Source: Mytilus edulis
Lineage: Eukaryota
Direction: 5' to 3'
DNA: 64,000 nucleotides
Assembly (NCBI RefSeq): GCF_963676685.1
Contig: NC_092353.1
Span: forward strand, 29,574,001 to 29,638,000
Program-made: the position numbers and the translations under genes
The notes under the pieces: model-generated
Database searches by the model: none
What the model was told of the DNA's origin: nothing
Seen by the model: only the letters and a program-made list of their open reading frames with translations
Shown: positions 12,384 through 24,251 of the stretch, piece by piece
Layout: each line of letters starts with the position of its first letter
Position numbering within the stretch: position 1 is the first letter of the stretch

Positions 12384-15300
12384 TATTTTTTTCCTGTTGA
12401 TCCTATTAGATTAGATTGTTAATATTTTTAGAAGTCAAAGCATATAGTTGAAAAATCAATAATGTTTATTTAGCATCTGGTAATTTGTGGTTACGAAATT
12501 TCTTCAATAAATTATATCTTAATGTAAAATACCAATAACGGTATTAAATTCCAACAGAAAGATAGACTTTTTGTGTGACATTGTATATCTTTACAATAGA
12601 TAAGGAATAAGTTGTGGTATGATTGCAAATAAGACAACTCTCTTCAAGTGACCGAGTCATTTCTCAACTTATGAACGAAACACAAATATGATATATTACA
12701 ACAAACGGCAATTATGTGCTGGATAACAGATTCCTGACTTGTCAGTCACATACATTATGTTGCGCGTTAAAATTAGTTTGAATGTTTGTTAATGACTTGA
12801 GTTATTATCTATGAATAAATGGTCTTACCTTTAAACGTTTTTTTTTTAAATAATTATTTAAGGTAGCGAGACTGATATATTTGTATTTACAACATCTATT
12901 GAGTTGTTAACACAAATTACAAAATGCATATTTACAAAACATAATGTGTACAAAAGACGATAAAAGATACATAATTTGTATTACCATGTGTATATAGTTT
13001 AAACATTGTAAATAAAAAAATAGCAAAATAAAAACAAAAATATACCCGGAGGCCACCAATGGGTTCCGATACCTAAAAACTCTGATAGGATATTTATGCA
13101 TTCTTCCTTGTTAGATGATTATCAGGCATGTCAAATTATAGATTTGAGAAGTCTATAGAAATATCTAACATGTCATCCTGATTGTCTGACATAGCGTACC
13201 GTAATCTTTAGAACCTTTCTTTACCCTCTAGCCATCAAATAGGTATTTAGAGAGATGAAGATTTTATTTGTCATTCAAACTAATTGTCTGCCTTTAATTA
13301 TGAGGCTTATCTTCGACAAAAAAGTATGCATAAAAAACACAAGTTATGCCACATGATGAGTACGATCTGCTAACTGTTGTGAGAGTATGAATTCATCCAT
13401 GTTTGCTGTAAGGTTCGTGTCTTTAATTTTCCGTGTTTACGTTTGAAGACTTTTATTTGTCTCTTGGTCATTACCTTGTTTATGTTACTTTCTCTTATCA
13501 ATTAGAATATCCCTTAAGTATCTCAAATGTATTGTCGATGGTAGCGGAAGTTGCGGTTTTGTAAGAATTGTTGCATTATTAGATTGAAAACGTAATTGTC
13601 ATCTTTCTCCAACTATATTCCATAAGAACGGAGACAAGAAAAAAACTAAGAAAATAAATTCTCAGTTTAGAATCTTCAATCTAAATATTTTTATGAAATT
13701 TTTCATATTTATCACCATGAAAAGATAACCTTCAGTGTTTATGACAAAACCTTCCAGAGATTTAGGTCCTCAATGCTCTTCAAATTTGTACTTTTTCAAG
13801 CTTTTCTTGACAGTTTCAAGCGTCACGTGTGAGTAATCCTGGTAACTATCCTGGTGAGTTTATTCAAATGTTATACAGAACAATGTGTTTTTCTGCGGGT
13901 CGAAACAGTCAATGAAATATATCTACAGGTTTGATCTTACCTTTACAACAACTTATGATGTCAAAAAAAGTTGAAAATACTCTTTTAAGGATTGTTTTTT
14001 TACTGAAAGAGAAAAAATCGAAAAACTCTTGTTCTGGTATGTCAATTGGTACATTCTGTTTGAAATCCTAAAAGTCAATTGTATGGTCTAACGTAATATA
14101 GAGATGATACTCTCTAAACAATACCATGTAACTGAATATCTAATAAATTTAAGTACTGTTAACTGTTTGTTCTTCTTAAAATCCGTTTAATGTCAAGAGT
14201 TCCACAAACATTTCATTTAAACTGTTTTATTGGAAAATTTTCTGCAATAAGTTGTATTCATACTATGAATATAAAGCATGGATTCGTTCTTAGTTTTGAA
14301 TGATCCGGAAAAAGAAATAAAGCAATTACACTTTCAGTTATATTGATATATAAATGAGATTTCATTACATTTAAGTAAAAGCATTTCACAAAGGAAGCCA
14401 GTATAACAAAAACTCATAAAGTCTATTGTCCTAACTTTTCATGAGTATTTTGACTTTTTAGACGGAAATCGGATAAGAATAATCAGCAGCGGAAGCATTA
14501 CAAGACATAATCTCTTATCTCTTTTGTTCCATTTGATGGAATTTTAATAAAATCACTATAGGGCTGCTTAAGACGTGAACTTTAATTAAATATTGACAAT
14601 ATTTGATTCACGTGTTTTGAATTGGATTTTTAGATTAATGAATAGACCCCAGAGTTAAAGATATGCTAATTGTAGCTCAGTCATTACCGGAAAAATATAT
14701 TATTCATCTAGTGCACTTAAGGTCTTATTTGCATTGTACAGATTTATTTAATTTTCTAATATACTGTAGGTTTATTTATTTCCGGGTGTACCAATTTTCG
14801 TGGATAAAGGAACAATGGTATTTTCGATCATCTTTAATGTTGTGGTTTTGTCTAGGTCTGCATATAAGCCTATGGATAATTTGCTATTCGCTGAACAGTT
14901 AGATTAACAATTACAAATACAATTAAGTCGTTTAAAAGTATTATTTAGGTTAAGTGTTAAAAAAAAATTCCAAAGAAAATTCAATACGGAATGTCCCTTA
15001 TCAAATGGCAAAATTAAAAGCTCAAACACTGTCATATTCCTGTACAGAGAATAAAACCGGGTTTTAAAGCTAGATAAGACTCTTACTTGTATAATAGTCA
15101 TGTAGAATGAACAAATGTTGGTAGTATATAGCAGTAGACTTACACCATTGACAGACACTTTTATAAGAAATAAGATAAAGTTGTGAGAAAATTCATGCAC
15201 GTTGGCAAATAATGCACAAAATCAATTCGGATGAATAAATATATTTTAATGAAAACTTACAAAAGATTGAAAATAAGTAGAACTTGAACAGTTATATCGC

Positions 15301-16346
15301 TATTTGCAGGATATTACATCACTAGCAACAATAATATTAACATAATCGATATCTAAAACGCTTGAGTTTAAAAATATCAAATGCTTAAGATAACTCCTTT
15401 AATTATTAACGCAAAGTAATCACACATATATATATATTAACAAACATACAGGGGTTTGTTTAGAACAAGCTAAGCAGAACCAATCATACCGCATGTAGAT
15501 ATATAAAGAACAATACAGTACAAGAATGAAAAAATGTAAAATTATTCAAGGTAGTTTATAAACAACGAACACTTATTGAGAGTGAATCTTAAAACAGAAT
15601 CTTTTGCCTAGAGGATATCTAAAATATACTCCGACAAGAGTTGACATATAAACAAAGCATAAAAAAGATCAACAATAAACTGAAATAGTCAGTACTGTTT
15701 GAGCCGCTAGTTGACAAACTGAGGAGAGGTAAGTTCTGCTTACTATATATCCATTCTTCGCAACCATGTTACAATTCCAAGGGAAAATCATGATGCAAGA
15801 ATAACTACTACGAAGTTGGTTAAATTTGTAAATGTAACAATGCAATCTTTGCGATATTTTGAAATGGTTAACATGTCTCTCTAGAAAGATGAGGAATTTA
15901 TTGTAGTGATAACAAAATTTGTAAAGATGACAACAAAGTTTGTGCATTATTACACAGAGTCGCCCTTCTACATGATCTTGCTAACTCAGATATTGCGTCG
16001 AAATGATATTTAGGGTATTTTTATCGCCATTACTAGCAGATGATTACTTATTCATCGAGAAGCAACACTTTAATGCAAATTTCAAATTACTGATCAATTG
16101 AAAACTTCACAAAAATATAACACAAACCATTGTATTCGGTATAGATAATTTTCTGATTTGTCCATTTTTTTAATTTTAGAAAAAAATACGTATGAATCAG
16201 ATATTTCTGTCTCTATAGTAGTCGTGAATTCAACAGCACATATATACACACAAACAAATAAAGAATATTATATTATCGCTATTGTGTGTTGAGAAAAGTA
16301 TAACATATAATATTAAAAGATCTCAACCAGCTGAAGGACGCCTCCT

Positions 16347-16670
16347 AAAAATGTAAAACAATTCAAGCGAGAGAACTAACGGCCTTATTTATGTAAAAAA
16401 AAATGAACGAAAAACAAATATTTAACACATAAACAAACGATAACCACTGAATTACAGGCTCCTGACTTGGGACAGGCACATACATAAATAATGTGGCGGG
16501 GTTAAACATGTGAGCGGGATCCCAACCCTCCCCCTAACCTGGGACAGTGGTATAACAGTAAAAAATAAGAACAAACTATAAAAATCAGTTGAAAAAGGCT
16601 TAACTCATCAGATGGACAAACATACAAGTGGACGTGGCCGGCTCCCGACACAAAAAAACACAATGAACAT
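16347..16670 (-). mobile_element. Interspersed short repeat family B (twister-like ribozyme bearing)
   Basis: Homologous copies at 63499-63888, 52288-52895 (two in tandem), 62182-62475/12601-12780, 53870-54005 and 58993-59125; variant at 29222-29531 and 37386-37520. Confidence 0.88.
16444..16550 (-). ncRNA. Candidate type-P5 (circularly permuted) twister ribozyme, family B, best-preserved copy
   Basis: RNA CCACUG ucc CAGGU ua GGGG GAGGG [uugggaucccgcucacauguu] U|AA CCCC GC CACAU..AUGUG CCUG UCCCAAGU CAGG a GCCUG uaauu CAGUGG. P5 CAGGU/GCCUG plus CCACUG/CAGUGG; P2 GGGG/CCCC; P3 CACAU/AUGUG; P4 CCUG/CAGG; L4 UCCCAAGU; GAGGG and UAA as in the twister consensus. Predicted cut between 16504 and 16503. 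Confidence 0.75.
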
Positions 16671-19024
16671 ACATACACACATACAAACAAAGAAATTAGA
16701 TTATATATCGTTATCAACATTTAGTAATAAAAGAACTCAAATACAATTTCAAAAATTTGGAAATCAATAATTTTTGCCCATGATATTTTTTTGTGCTATA
16801 ATTTTTTATTTCATGCTTCTCGCATGAGATTTAGAATAATGCCAAGACAATTTGGACGCACGTGTCGTGGTAAATTAAAACATTTATGACGTCAACTACT
16901 GATTGCAGACAATTCAATACAAAACTACCGTAGGTGGTTTAAAAAACGTACAGAAAAACAAAATACAAGAAGGGAAATGTCAACAGTAATTATTGATGAA
17001 ATCATATAGAATCAATCAAATTAAGCAACCATTAAATAGTGTTTGTTTACCACGATGTGCGTTACAAGTTCACAAATAAGGGTTAACGACACGTACGACA
17101 GCCGTTGTCTGTAACAAAACAATGACATTGTAATTGCTTATTTAGTGAATATTGTTTACCAACTATTTTGCGGTATTTATATACTTTCCAAACTGAAAAT
17201 AGATTAATAAAGCGTGGGACAATTGTGTAATATGTTTTTCTTTATATTTACAAAAAAATAACTATCTATGATAGGGAAATGGTTGAAAACATTTTAAATC
17301 AAATTATAAGTAGCATTCAGATCTTGAATTAGCGTATAGATGATGTAAAACAGAGGTAAACCTCAAATGATATAAACAACTTTCCTCGCCGATATTATCT
17401 TACAAATTTAAATAGATTAATAATAGTTATGTCAACAAGATAGACTACTCAGACTTGAATGTTGACAGAAAATACAATTTTGAGGTTTCACTCATTTAAT
17501 AGTTATACATTCAAAATGCCAAAGAATATAATGAGTAAGAATTTTGTTTGAATCTCAATTTTTTTAATTCTATGCACTCAAATACATTTAGAATTAAAAT
17601 GTGCTGTATTTTCGAAACAAGTGGAGATATCATCATAAAATTGTGTATTCATGGTAAGTACATTAGTAGCATTGAAAAAAGGCAAAAAACTGAAAATATG
17701 TTTCTCAGTCACAGTCACATATATCAGTTATTTATCGATTGTGTATGTCTGTGATGTATGTTAACATAGTTTTGTCCAGAGAATACCAATAATTATCCTG
17801 TTTTCTTAATATGGGTAGCTCACTCAATTTTGTGAATATAATGTAATATTAACAATTTTCATAATAGTGGGATATAATGTAATATTTAAAAAAATCAAGG
17901 TAAACCCACCAGAACAAATCATGTACTAAGTCAGACATATTTCGTTTGTCTTCAAACAGTTATGTTGGTTGATATGGTATAACGTTTGATGTTGTCAGGT
18001 TTTATATTTACCTTGGAGTTCGGTAGTTTTGTCGATCCTTTTTTTGTGACCACACATGGAATTAGTTTCTAACTCCCTTTAATTTTTTGCAATTTTATTT
18101 GCAATGTTTGAGATACAAACTGCGTCCTTGACATCTGTAATGTGCAACAGACATCAGGCATATGAACAGAACAATTTGCCTCCCAATGGCGGAAATCTAA
18201 AATAACTAAAGGTGTAAGACAATAAAAATTTAAATGACCTTAACCTAACAGAGAAGAGAAAACAGTATACAGTTAACTTTGCCTGGAAAAGATGCTGTGT
18301 ATAAATTTTGATAGTATTTTTACTGTTTGTTAAAATTAAGAAGAAATTTACATTTGAAACGGTTACTAATTGTTAGTCTGAATATAGTTTTAAGATAGTT
18401 GCTAGAATTGTATTCCCTTTATTTGTATATATCATTTGCAATCTGAATCTTTTTTATAAATTAAATCATTCATGCTTTTCAAGATATTTATATAGAAATC
18501 GAACAGACTTGGCCGGTAAATTAAATTTATTTCTTCATAACGAAGACATCAACTTTTGTCTGAAAACGTTGTTTGATTCTGTATTCAACTGCAATAAATG
18601 TTTATTTTAATAAACAACAAAATGTTTAAACGTAGAATGACGGATCATCTAAGGTGGTATGGTTGCATCAATTCCAAAAATTCAACCCGGGTAAATTTCA
18701 GGCGTTTTTGCAACTACTATGACGATTTCACTGCTGTTTAATGTTTTGAATTTAACCGAATTAGCAACTCATAGACAACATATCTGTTCTGAAATTAAAT
18801 ATAATTTCACCTCAAATATATTATAAACCATTCAAGTGACATAGAATGAATCGGTTAATTTTCATTTCTTGCACGGAAGGACGAACAACTTTAAAAATTC
18901 ACACCCAGAGATTCTACCTTTGTTGCACATTTATTTTCAAACGTTAAAATGACTTTTACTCGTGTTTGTTACTCCATGAAAGGTAAGATTGTCGGTTTAA
19001 ACAACACATCCCCTGTTTGATCAG

Positions 19025-19189
19025 TATAATTAAACAATTGTGGTTACTTAGAACCGATGAATATCTAATATTGTCAAACCAGGAAAATCATTTCACTGAG
19101 GGCTGAGGACTGTGCCTTAAGAGAATTAACCTTTTCGTGTTGACAATTTTGGATATTCATCTTTCTACGGGCCAAAATTGTATATTATA
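19025..19189. mobile_element. Fold-back (imperfect palindromic) miniature element
   Basis: tataat..caatt..gatgaatatctaatattgtcaa mirrors ttgacaattttggatattcatc..aattg..attata. Confidence 0.6.
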
Positions 19190-22100
19190 AAGGCAGACAT
19201 ACATATAAATAACTTAAAATGCAAAGGATCATGGTTCCATAATGAATTGAGAAAATTTAGTTACGGTATTATATACTAGTATTCTATTGAAACTTTAATT
19301 CAATTGAGATTTGCCAAGATTATTCAAAATAATTAACTTTATGTAGCTTTATGTCATGCATATCAAATACAGTTTATTACGTTTCTTATTTCAGTACTTC
19401 TTATTATACCACGATACGATGAATGGGTACATTGGTCTGTTCTTCCTTCTCATAAAATTTAATTTGCATTTTCTCATGTAAAATAATGAACTCCGAGAAA
19501 TATTCAAAAAGGGAAAGTAAAAACAAACCTGACAAAGGTTTGATTTCATTTTTTTAAGAGGTGAAGATTAGTATCTTAGTTCCTTCTTCTTTCCTTCTTG
19601 CTTTCTATTAAGGATATATTGAAGTCTTGTAATAAAATTATTCAGGAATAACTTTTCTATTTACGAGTTTATTTAACTTGCGATCATACCGATTAAAACC
19701 ATTCATTTTAGAAAAGTCCTAACGTAGTTCGGAGTGTTCTTTACAACTTAATTATTAAATATGTCTTTAATTTCGATCATCTTGAGAGGGACATATCCTT
19801 GTTTAGTCGCTTGGTGTTAATGTTTTCGGGTATTACCAATCTAATTAAGTGGTCCTTACATCTCGTCTTTGTTATTTATGTTATCCATCAAAAAGAGCTA
19901 TTATTATTAACTGTTGATGTAATAATGCAGACAGAGATTGATCAATACCTTGGACAGTATGAAGATGTTGTGTGAAGTTTCGAACACATTACAGCATATA
20001 AGCGGAGTACATATGTTATGGTGAAAGATGATAGACCTGTAATTGTACAAGCTTTAACGAGGGTTAGGATCAATTTATGTCTGCAAGAATAGTAATGGAT
20101 TCGTTTTCGGTCGCTTCCTTATTGTGATAAATGTATGTATCTGTAAACTTTATAATGTCAATAAATATGAAAGGAAATTCGTTTATATAAATCAACATTC
20201 GTAATATATACAGCTACTGTAACAAACATTTTCATGGAATACTATCAAAATGACATTAATTTTCAAATGTCGGACACAAAAATGCAAGTACTTCTAGATG
20301 CAAAATCATTATAAAGCTTAAACTTTTAGAAAGTGTCAACAAGCTATTGACATTTTATAGGCTTTATGATCATGATAACTGTCGCATGGTTGTTATGCAG
20401 CTATTCAATTATGAATCTAGTTTTTGGACACATTTCATTTCTCTTTTTTTTTTGTTTAAACACCATTTTCTGCAGTTGTATTCAATTTTTTTGCTGTGTT
20501 TGAGCTTTAGGGTTTTCTATTTATTAAGGGATTGAATTTTCCTTGAAGTTCGGTATTTTTGTTGTTTCAGTTTTTGCAACACCACAAAATATTAGTAGAA
20601 GTAAAATTAACCTTCTTCTCTACAAAATATCATTGCGTCATTACATTTTATAATGCTGGTCTATAAAATGTGGTCCGAAGATTAGCAGTTGATATGAAGG
20701 CTTAGGATGACATTATTTCATATCCGCATGATAAGAACTTACATTTTAGTTAAGCTTGATTTAAGTAACATGAGAACGGGGGAGAAAGTGGAAAAGGGTG
20801 GGGGGGGTCTTTGTTTGAATTGATTGCTATAAATGCATTGTAACATTGACTAAAGTATCATATGATAATAATAGACATTCTCAAGGTGTCCTTTTAACTA
20901 GTACTTGGGAGATTGTATTTATAATATTATTAGGTGGACAGCTGATCCTTAACTATAGTAAACGTTATTGTGACTTTTTATATCCAATTGGTCGACATAT
21001 TTTAAAAAGAGGTTTTTTCTTTTTATTTCACAATATTCCATATTTATCAAAGCAAGATGAAAACGAATATACTAAAATCAAATCCCAAAATATCATTCAT
21101 TTGCAAATAATATTGCCTTATAGTTTAAAAAGAGGGGATACTGCTTTGCTGGTTAGACCTCAAAAGGCAACCAACAACCTACATGACACATTGTGAGAAA
21201 CTGCAGATTGAGCATCACAAAACCCTCAAACAAATGAATACGGTCATATAAAAAATACGTAAAGTTAGTCTTAACTCTATTGGCATTCATGGATGCAAAA
21301 ATATAATTCAAAATTTATAAAACAAATTGAAAAGACTTGTTTTGAAGTGTAACTTTACCAATTGATTAATTTGCCTCTACGTCCAGAATCGTTCAAACAT
21401 GGTGTATTTTTATGATTTATATTATTTATTTGTATTCTGGGTGTAGCATTTAAAAAAGATTTCTGAATTTCGTACTCGTCAACCGATTTTTCATTCATGT
21501 TAAGATTTCCTTTTGACATGTTACAGATTAGCAGTTATTTGTTTACATTTTACCAAAAGACGGTACTCAGAATAAAATCCTTTACGGCTCATGGTTGAAT
21601 GGAATCATCTTTTATTGAATTAATAAACATTTTGATTTTTATTTAAATCAGAAAATTAAATTCACATTTATAAAGCGTAGAAAATATATATTCAATACAC
21701 GAACTAAATAGCCATTAAAATTAGCTTTTTCCATAAATTTGAAAATCTATAGTTTTGTTTTCTTCAAAATCATTTTAGTATGAAAAGTAGATATGGTATG
21801 ATTGCGAACAAGACAACTATGCACCACAGTTGAGATGAAGTGATTGTGTCATCTTTGACAACATGACCATATAATGTTTGTTGTTGTAATACACAATGGC
21901 ATTTATAGTAAGGAAGCTGTAACACATTCCTTTTACTTTGTTTTATCTTCAAAGATAAAAGATTAGACACCCTACGTCATATACAATACAAATAATTGAG
22001 TTCGGTTAGCTTATATAGTCACGGGATATGACACAATAACGAATACCTATGAACTTTTACAAAAAAAGAAATGAAATCAACCTACTTTGGAACAAGAATG

Positions 22101-23124
22101 TAAATTAACAAAAATATCAAACTCCAAGGAAAATTCAAAACAGAAAGCCCCCCTATCATATGGCAAAAGACTTAAAAGTATTTAAATGAAACACGATTAA
22201 ATCAAACCTAACACTATTAAAGTTTTCAAAAAACAGCGCAACATAATAATCCAATTTACATACCCAAGATTTCTTTTAGCTTAGATTTATATATTGAAGA
22301 CTGTTTTCTTTACTAACAAAAAGCTATGTATTATAAAAAGTATTGATGCGATTAGTACGCAAGCAAACTAAGTACTTCTCATTGTAAAAATAAGATTTGG
22401 TTATTCATTAATGCTCCCTTTGGTCATGTAGCTTGTTGAAGTACTTAGACACTGTCGGCTTTCAATTTTTCATATGAGCATTCATCACGAAAAGCGCTTC
22501 GGATTGGGAAATCTATAAGTGGTTATTTTCATTTATTTTTATAATACAGACTGATTCAAAAACCTGGGGAGGGGAAGGGGCTGATGTCAAACACAATTAG
22601 ATAAGAATATCAACTGAAATATAATTAAGTTCAGCAACGACACATTTTGACTTTTAACAAACTCATTGTTTGATACATGCTGAATAATTGTGATGATAAA
22701 TCTGATTATTTATCTTTTTTACTTCATCTCAAAACAACAGGATTGCTTAAATTGGACATGCAATTTTCACATTATGTTTTGATACGAGGACATAATTGAA
22801 TTTTATCTGTGTTGATATATATATATTTAGATCCCCTTTTATAGTAAAACCATTATTGAGATAAAAGCAATCTCTTTTCAATATCCATTATTCAATTTAA
22901 AGGCAAACCTGATAAAACTTGATGAAAACAGTTGAATTTAAATTAATTCAAATAGAAAAGCTTTTATGGACTGATTTTTTTACACCCAAAGTTAAATTAA
23001 ATTTTTACAATTTGTTTTACCTTAATAAAGGTTTAATATTATACTAAATGGTGCATAACATTTTCGGGAACACATATACATTTCGATTTTTACTACTATA
23101 TACCATTGTTCCTAAAGTTCACAT

Positions 23125-23532
23125 AATAGTTATCAAAAGTACCAGGATTATAATTTTATACGCCAGACGCGCGTTTCGTCTACATAAGACTCATCAGTGA
23201 CGCTCAGATCAAAATAGTTAAAAAGCCAAATAAATACAAAGTTGAAGAGCATTGAGGATCGAAAATTCCAAAAAGTTGTGCCAAATACGGCTAAGGTAAT
23301 CTACTCCTGGGGTAAGAAAATCCTTAGTATTTCGAAAAATTCAAAGTTTTGTAAACAGAAAATTTATAAAAATGACCATATAATTGATATTCATGTCAAC
23401 ACCGAAGTGCTGACTACTGGGCTGGTGATACCCTCGGGGACGAAACGTCCACCAGCAGTGGCATCGACCCAGTGGTGTAAATAGTTATCAAAAGTACCAG
23501 GATTATAATTTTATACGCCAGACGCGCGTTTC
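23125..23532 (-). mobile_element. Hammerhead retrozyme (non-autonomous, PLE-associated), 355-nt monomer plus 53-nt terminal direct repeat, 5-bp TSD
   Basis: Direct repeat 23125-23177 = 23480-23532 (period 355). TSD CATAA at 23122-23126 and 23532-23536. Contains an intact hammerhead; no coding capacity. Confidence 0.9.
23160..23203 (-). ncRNA. Type I minimal hammerhead ribozyme
   Basis: RNA GCGUCA-CUGAUGA-GUCU uaugu AGAC-GAA-ACGCGCGU-C|UGGCGU: full core, stem I GCGUCA/UGGCGU, stem II GUCU/AGAC, palindromic stem III. Predicted GUC cleavage between 23166 and 23165. Confidence 0.92.
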
Positions 23533-24251
23533 ATAAGCATTTTCATATCTATATCGGACGGAGAGATTTATTTGAGAATATATATAATGCATTTTTCTGG
23601 TTAATGTTTGTAAGAAAACATGTCTTCATATTTTATCCTACCAAAACAAGAATCAGGTAACATAAAGGTACCAAGCGGCCCTGTCCACTCGACCAACTTG
23701 GCTATGAAAAAGGAAACTAACAAGATACCGAACCTGAAGGAAAATTCAAATTGGAAAGTCCCTTATCAAATAGCATAATCCAAAATTAAAACACATTTAA
23801 GGAATGGAAAACTACTTCTCCGCGTTAGTGTTATGTATACAACAGTTGTTGGGGGTATAGCGGCGAGTAGACAGTATACATATAGCTCTTTATAGTGTGT
23901 TCATTTTTTTTCGCATCTTGTAAAAACTTATCATGAATTTCATCGTTTACAAGTATTTTATTAGGGATGCATTTGTTTGAGTTTTCAAAATTAATAATAT
24001 TAATAAAAGTAAGAGGCGGAAAACGGATTATTCTGCAAATTGATTACTTTAAAAAAAAAAAAGTAGAAATGCTACGTTCAACTAATGGATATAAAACAAA
24101 ATGAGGTTAATACTCCGTTTGCATGTTTGAAATATGATGCAAGATATAAGATTACAACAAAACTCGATAGAAAAGTAAAATATGTTTCCAAATATCTCTG
24201 TTTTCATTTTTATATTGCTTAGAACATTTCATTGAACGTAGTAGAACAAAT

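Larger units (their letters stand above)
180..13998 (+). repeat. Segmental/tandem duplication, copy 1
   Basis: Collinear with 44125-64000. Anchors: 260-330 vs 44200-44270; 6340-6550 vs 50550-50770; 7140-7330 vs 55600-55800; 9640-9940 vs 58030-58360; 10590-10870 vs 60290-60570; 13900-13995 vs 63905-64000. Confidence 0.95.

Noticed and set aside
19395-20130. Signal-peptide-like mini exon and Cys-containing frames
   Set aside because: Multiple stops in every frame and no recognisable family motif.
23421-23450. Apparent second hammerhead on the + strand (CUGGUGA...GAAAC GUC), which would make the retrozyme ambisense/viroid-like
   Set aside because: Core is CUGGUGA rather than CUGANGA, the G10.1-C11.1 pair is absent, and the 'core' is sequestered by CACCAGC. 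The GAAA is better explained as the loop region of the GGACG/CGUCC hairpin.
23413-23510. Pistol or HDV-like ribozyme (UAAAUAG linker; nested helices)
   Set aside because: No pistol GCG/pseudoknot partner, and no HDV L3, P1.1, P4 or catalytic C arrangement.
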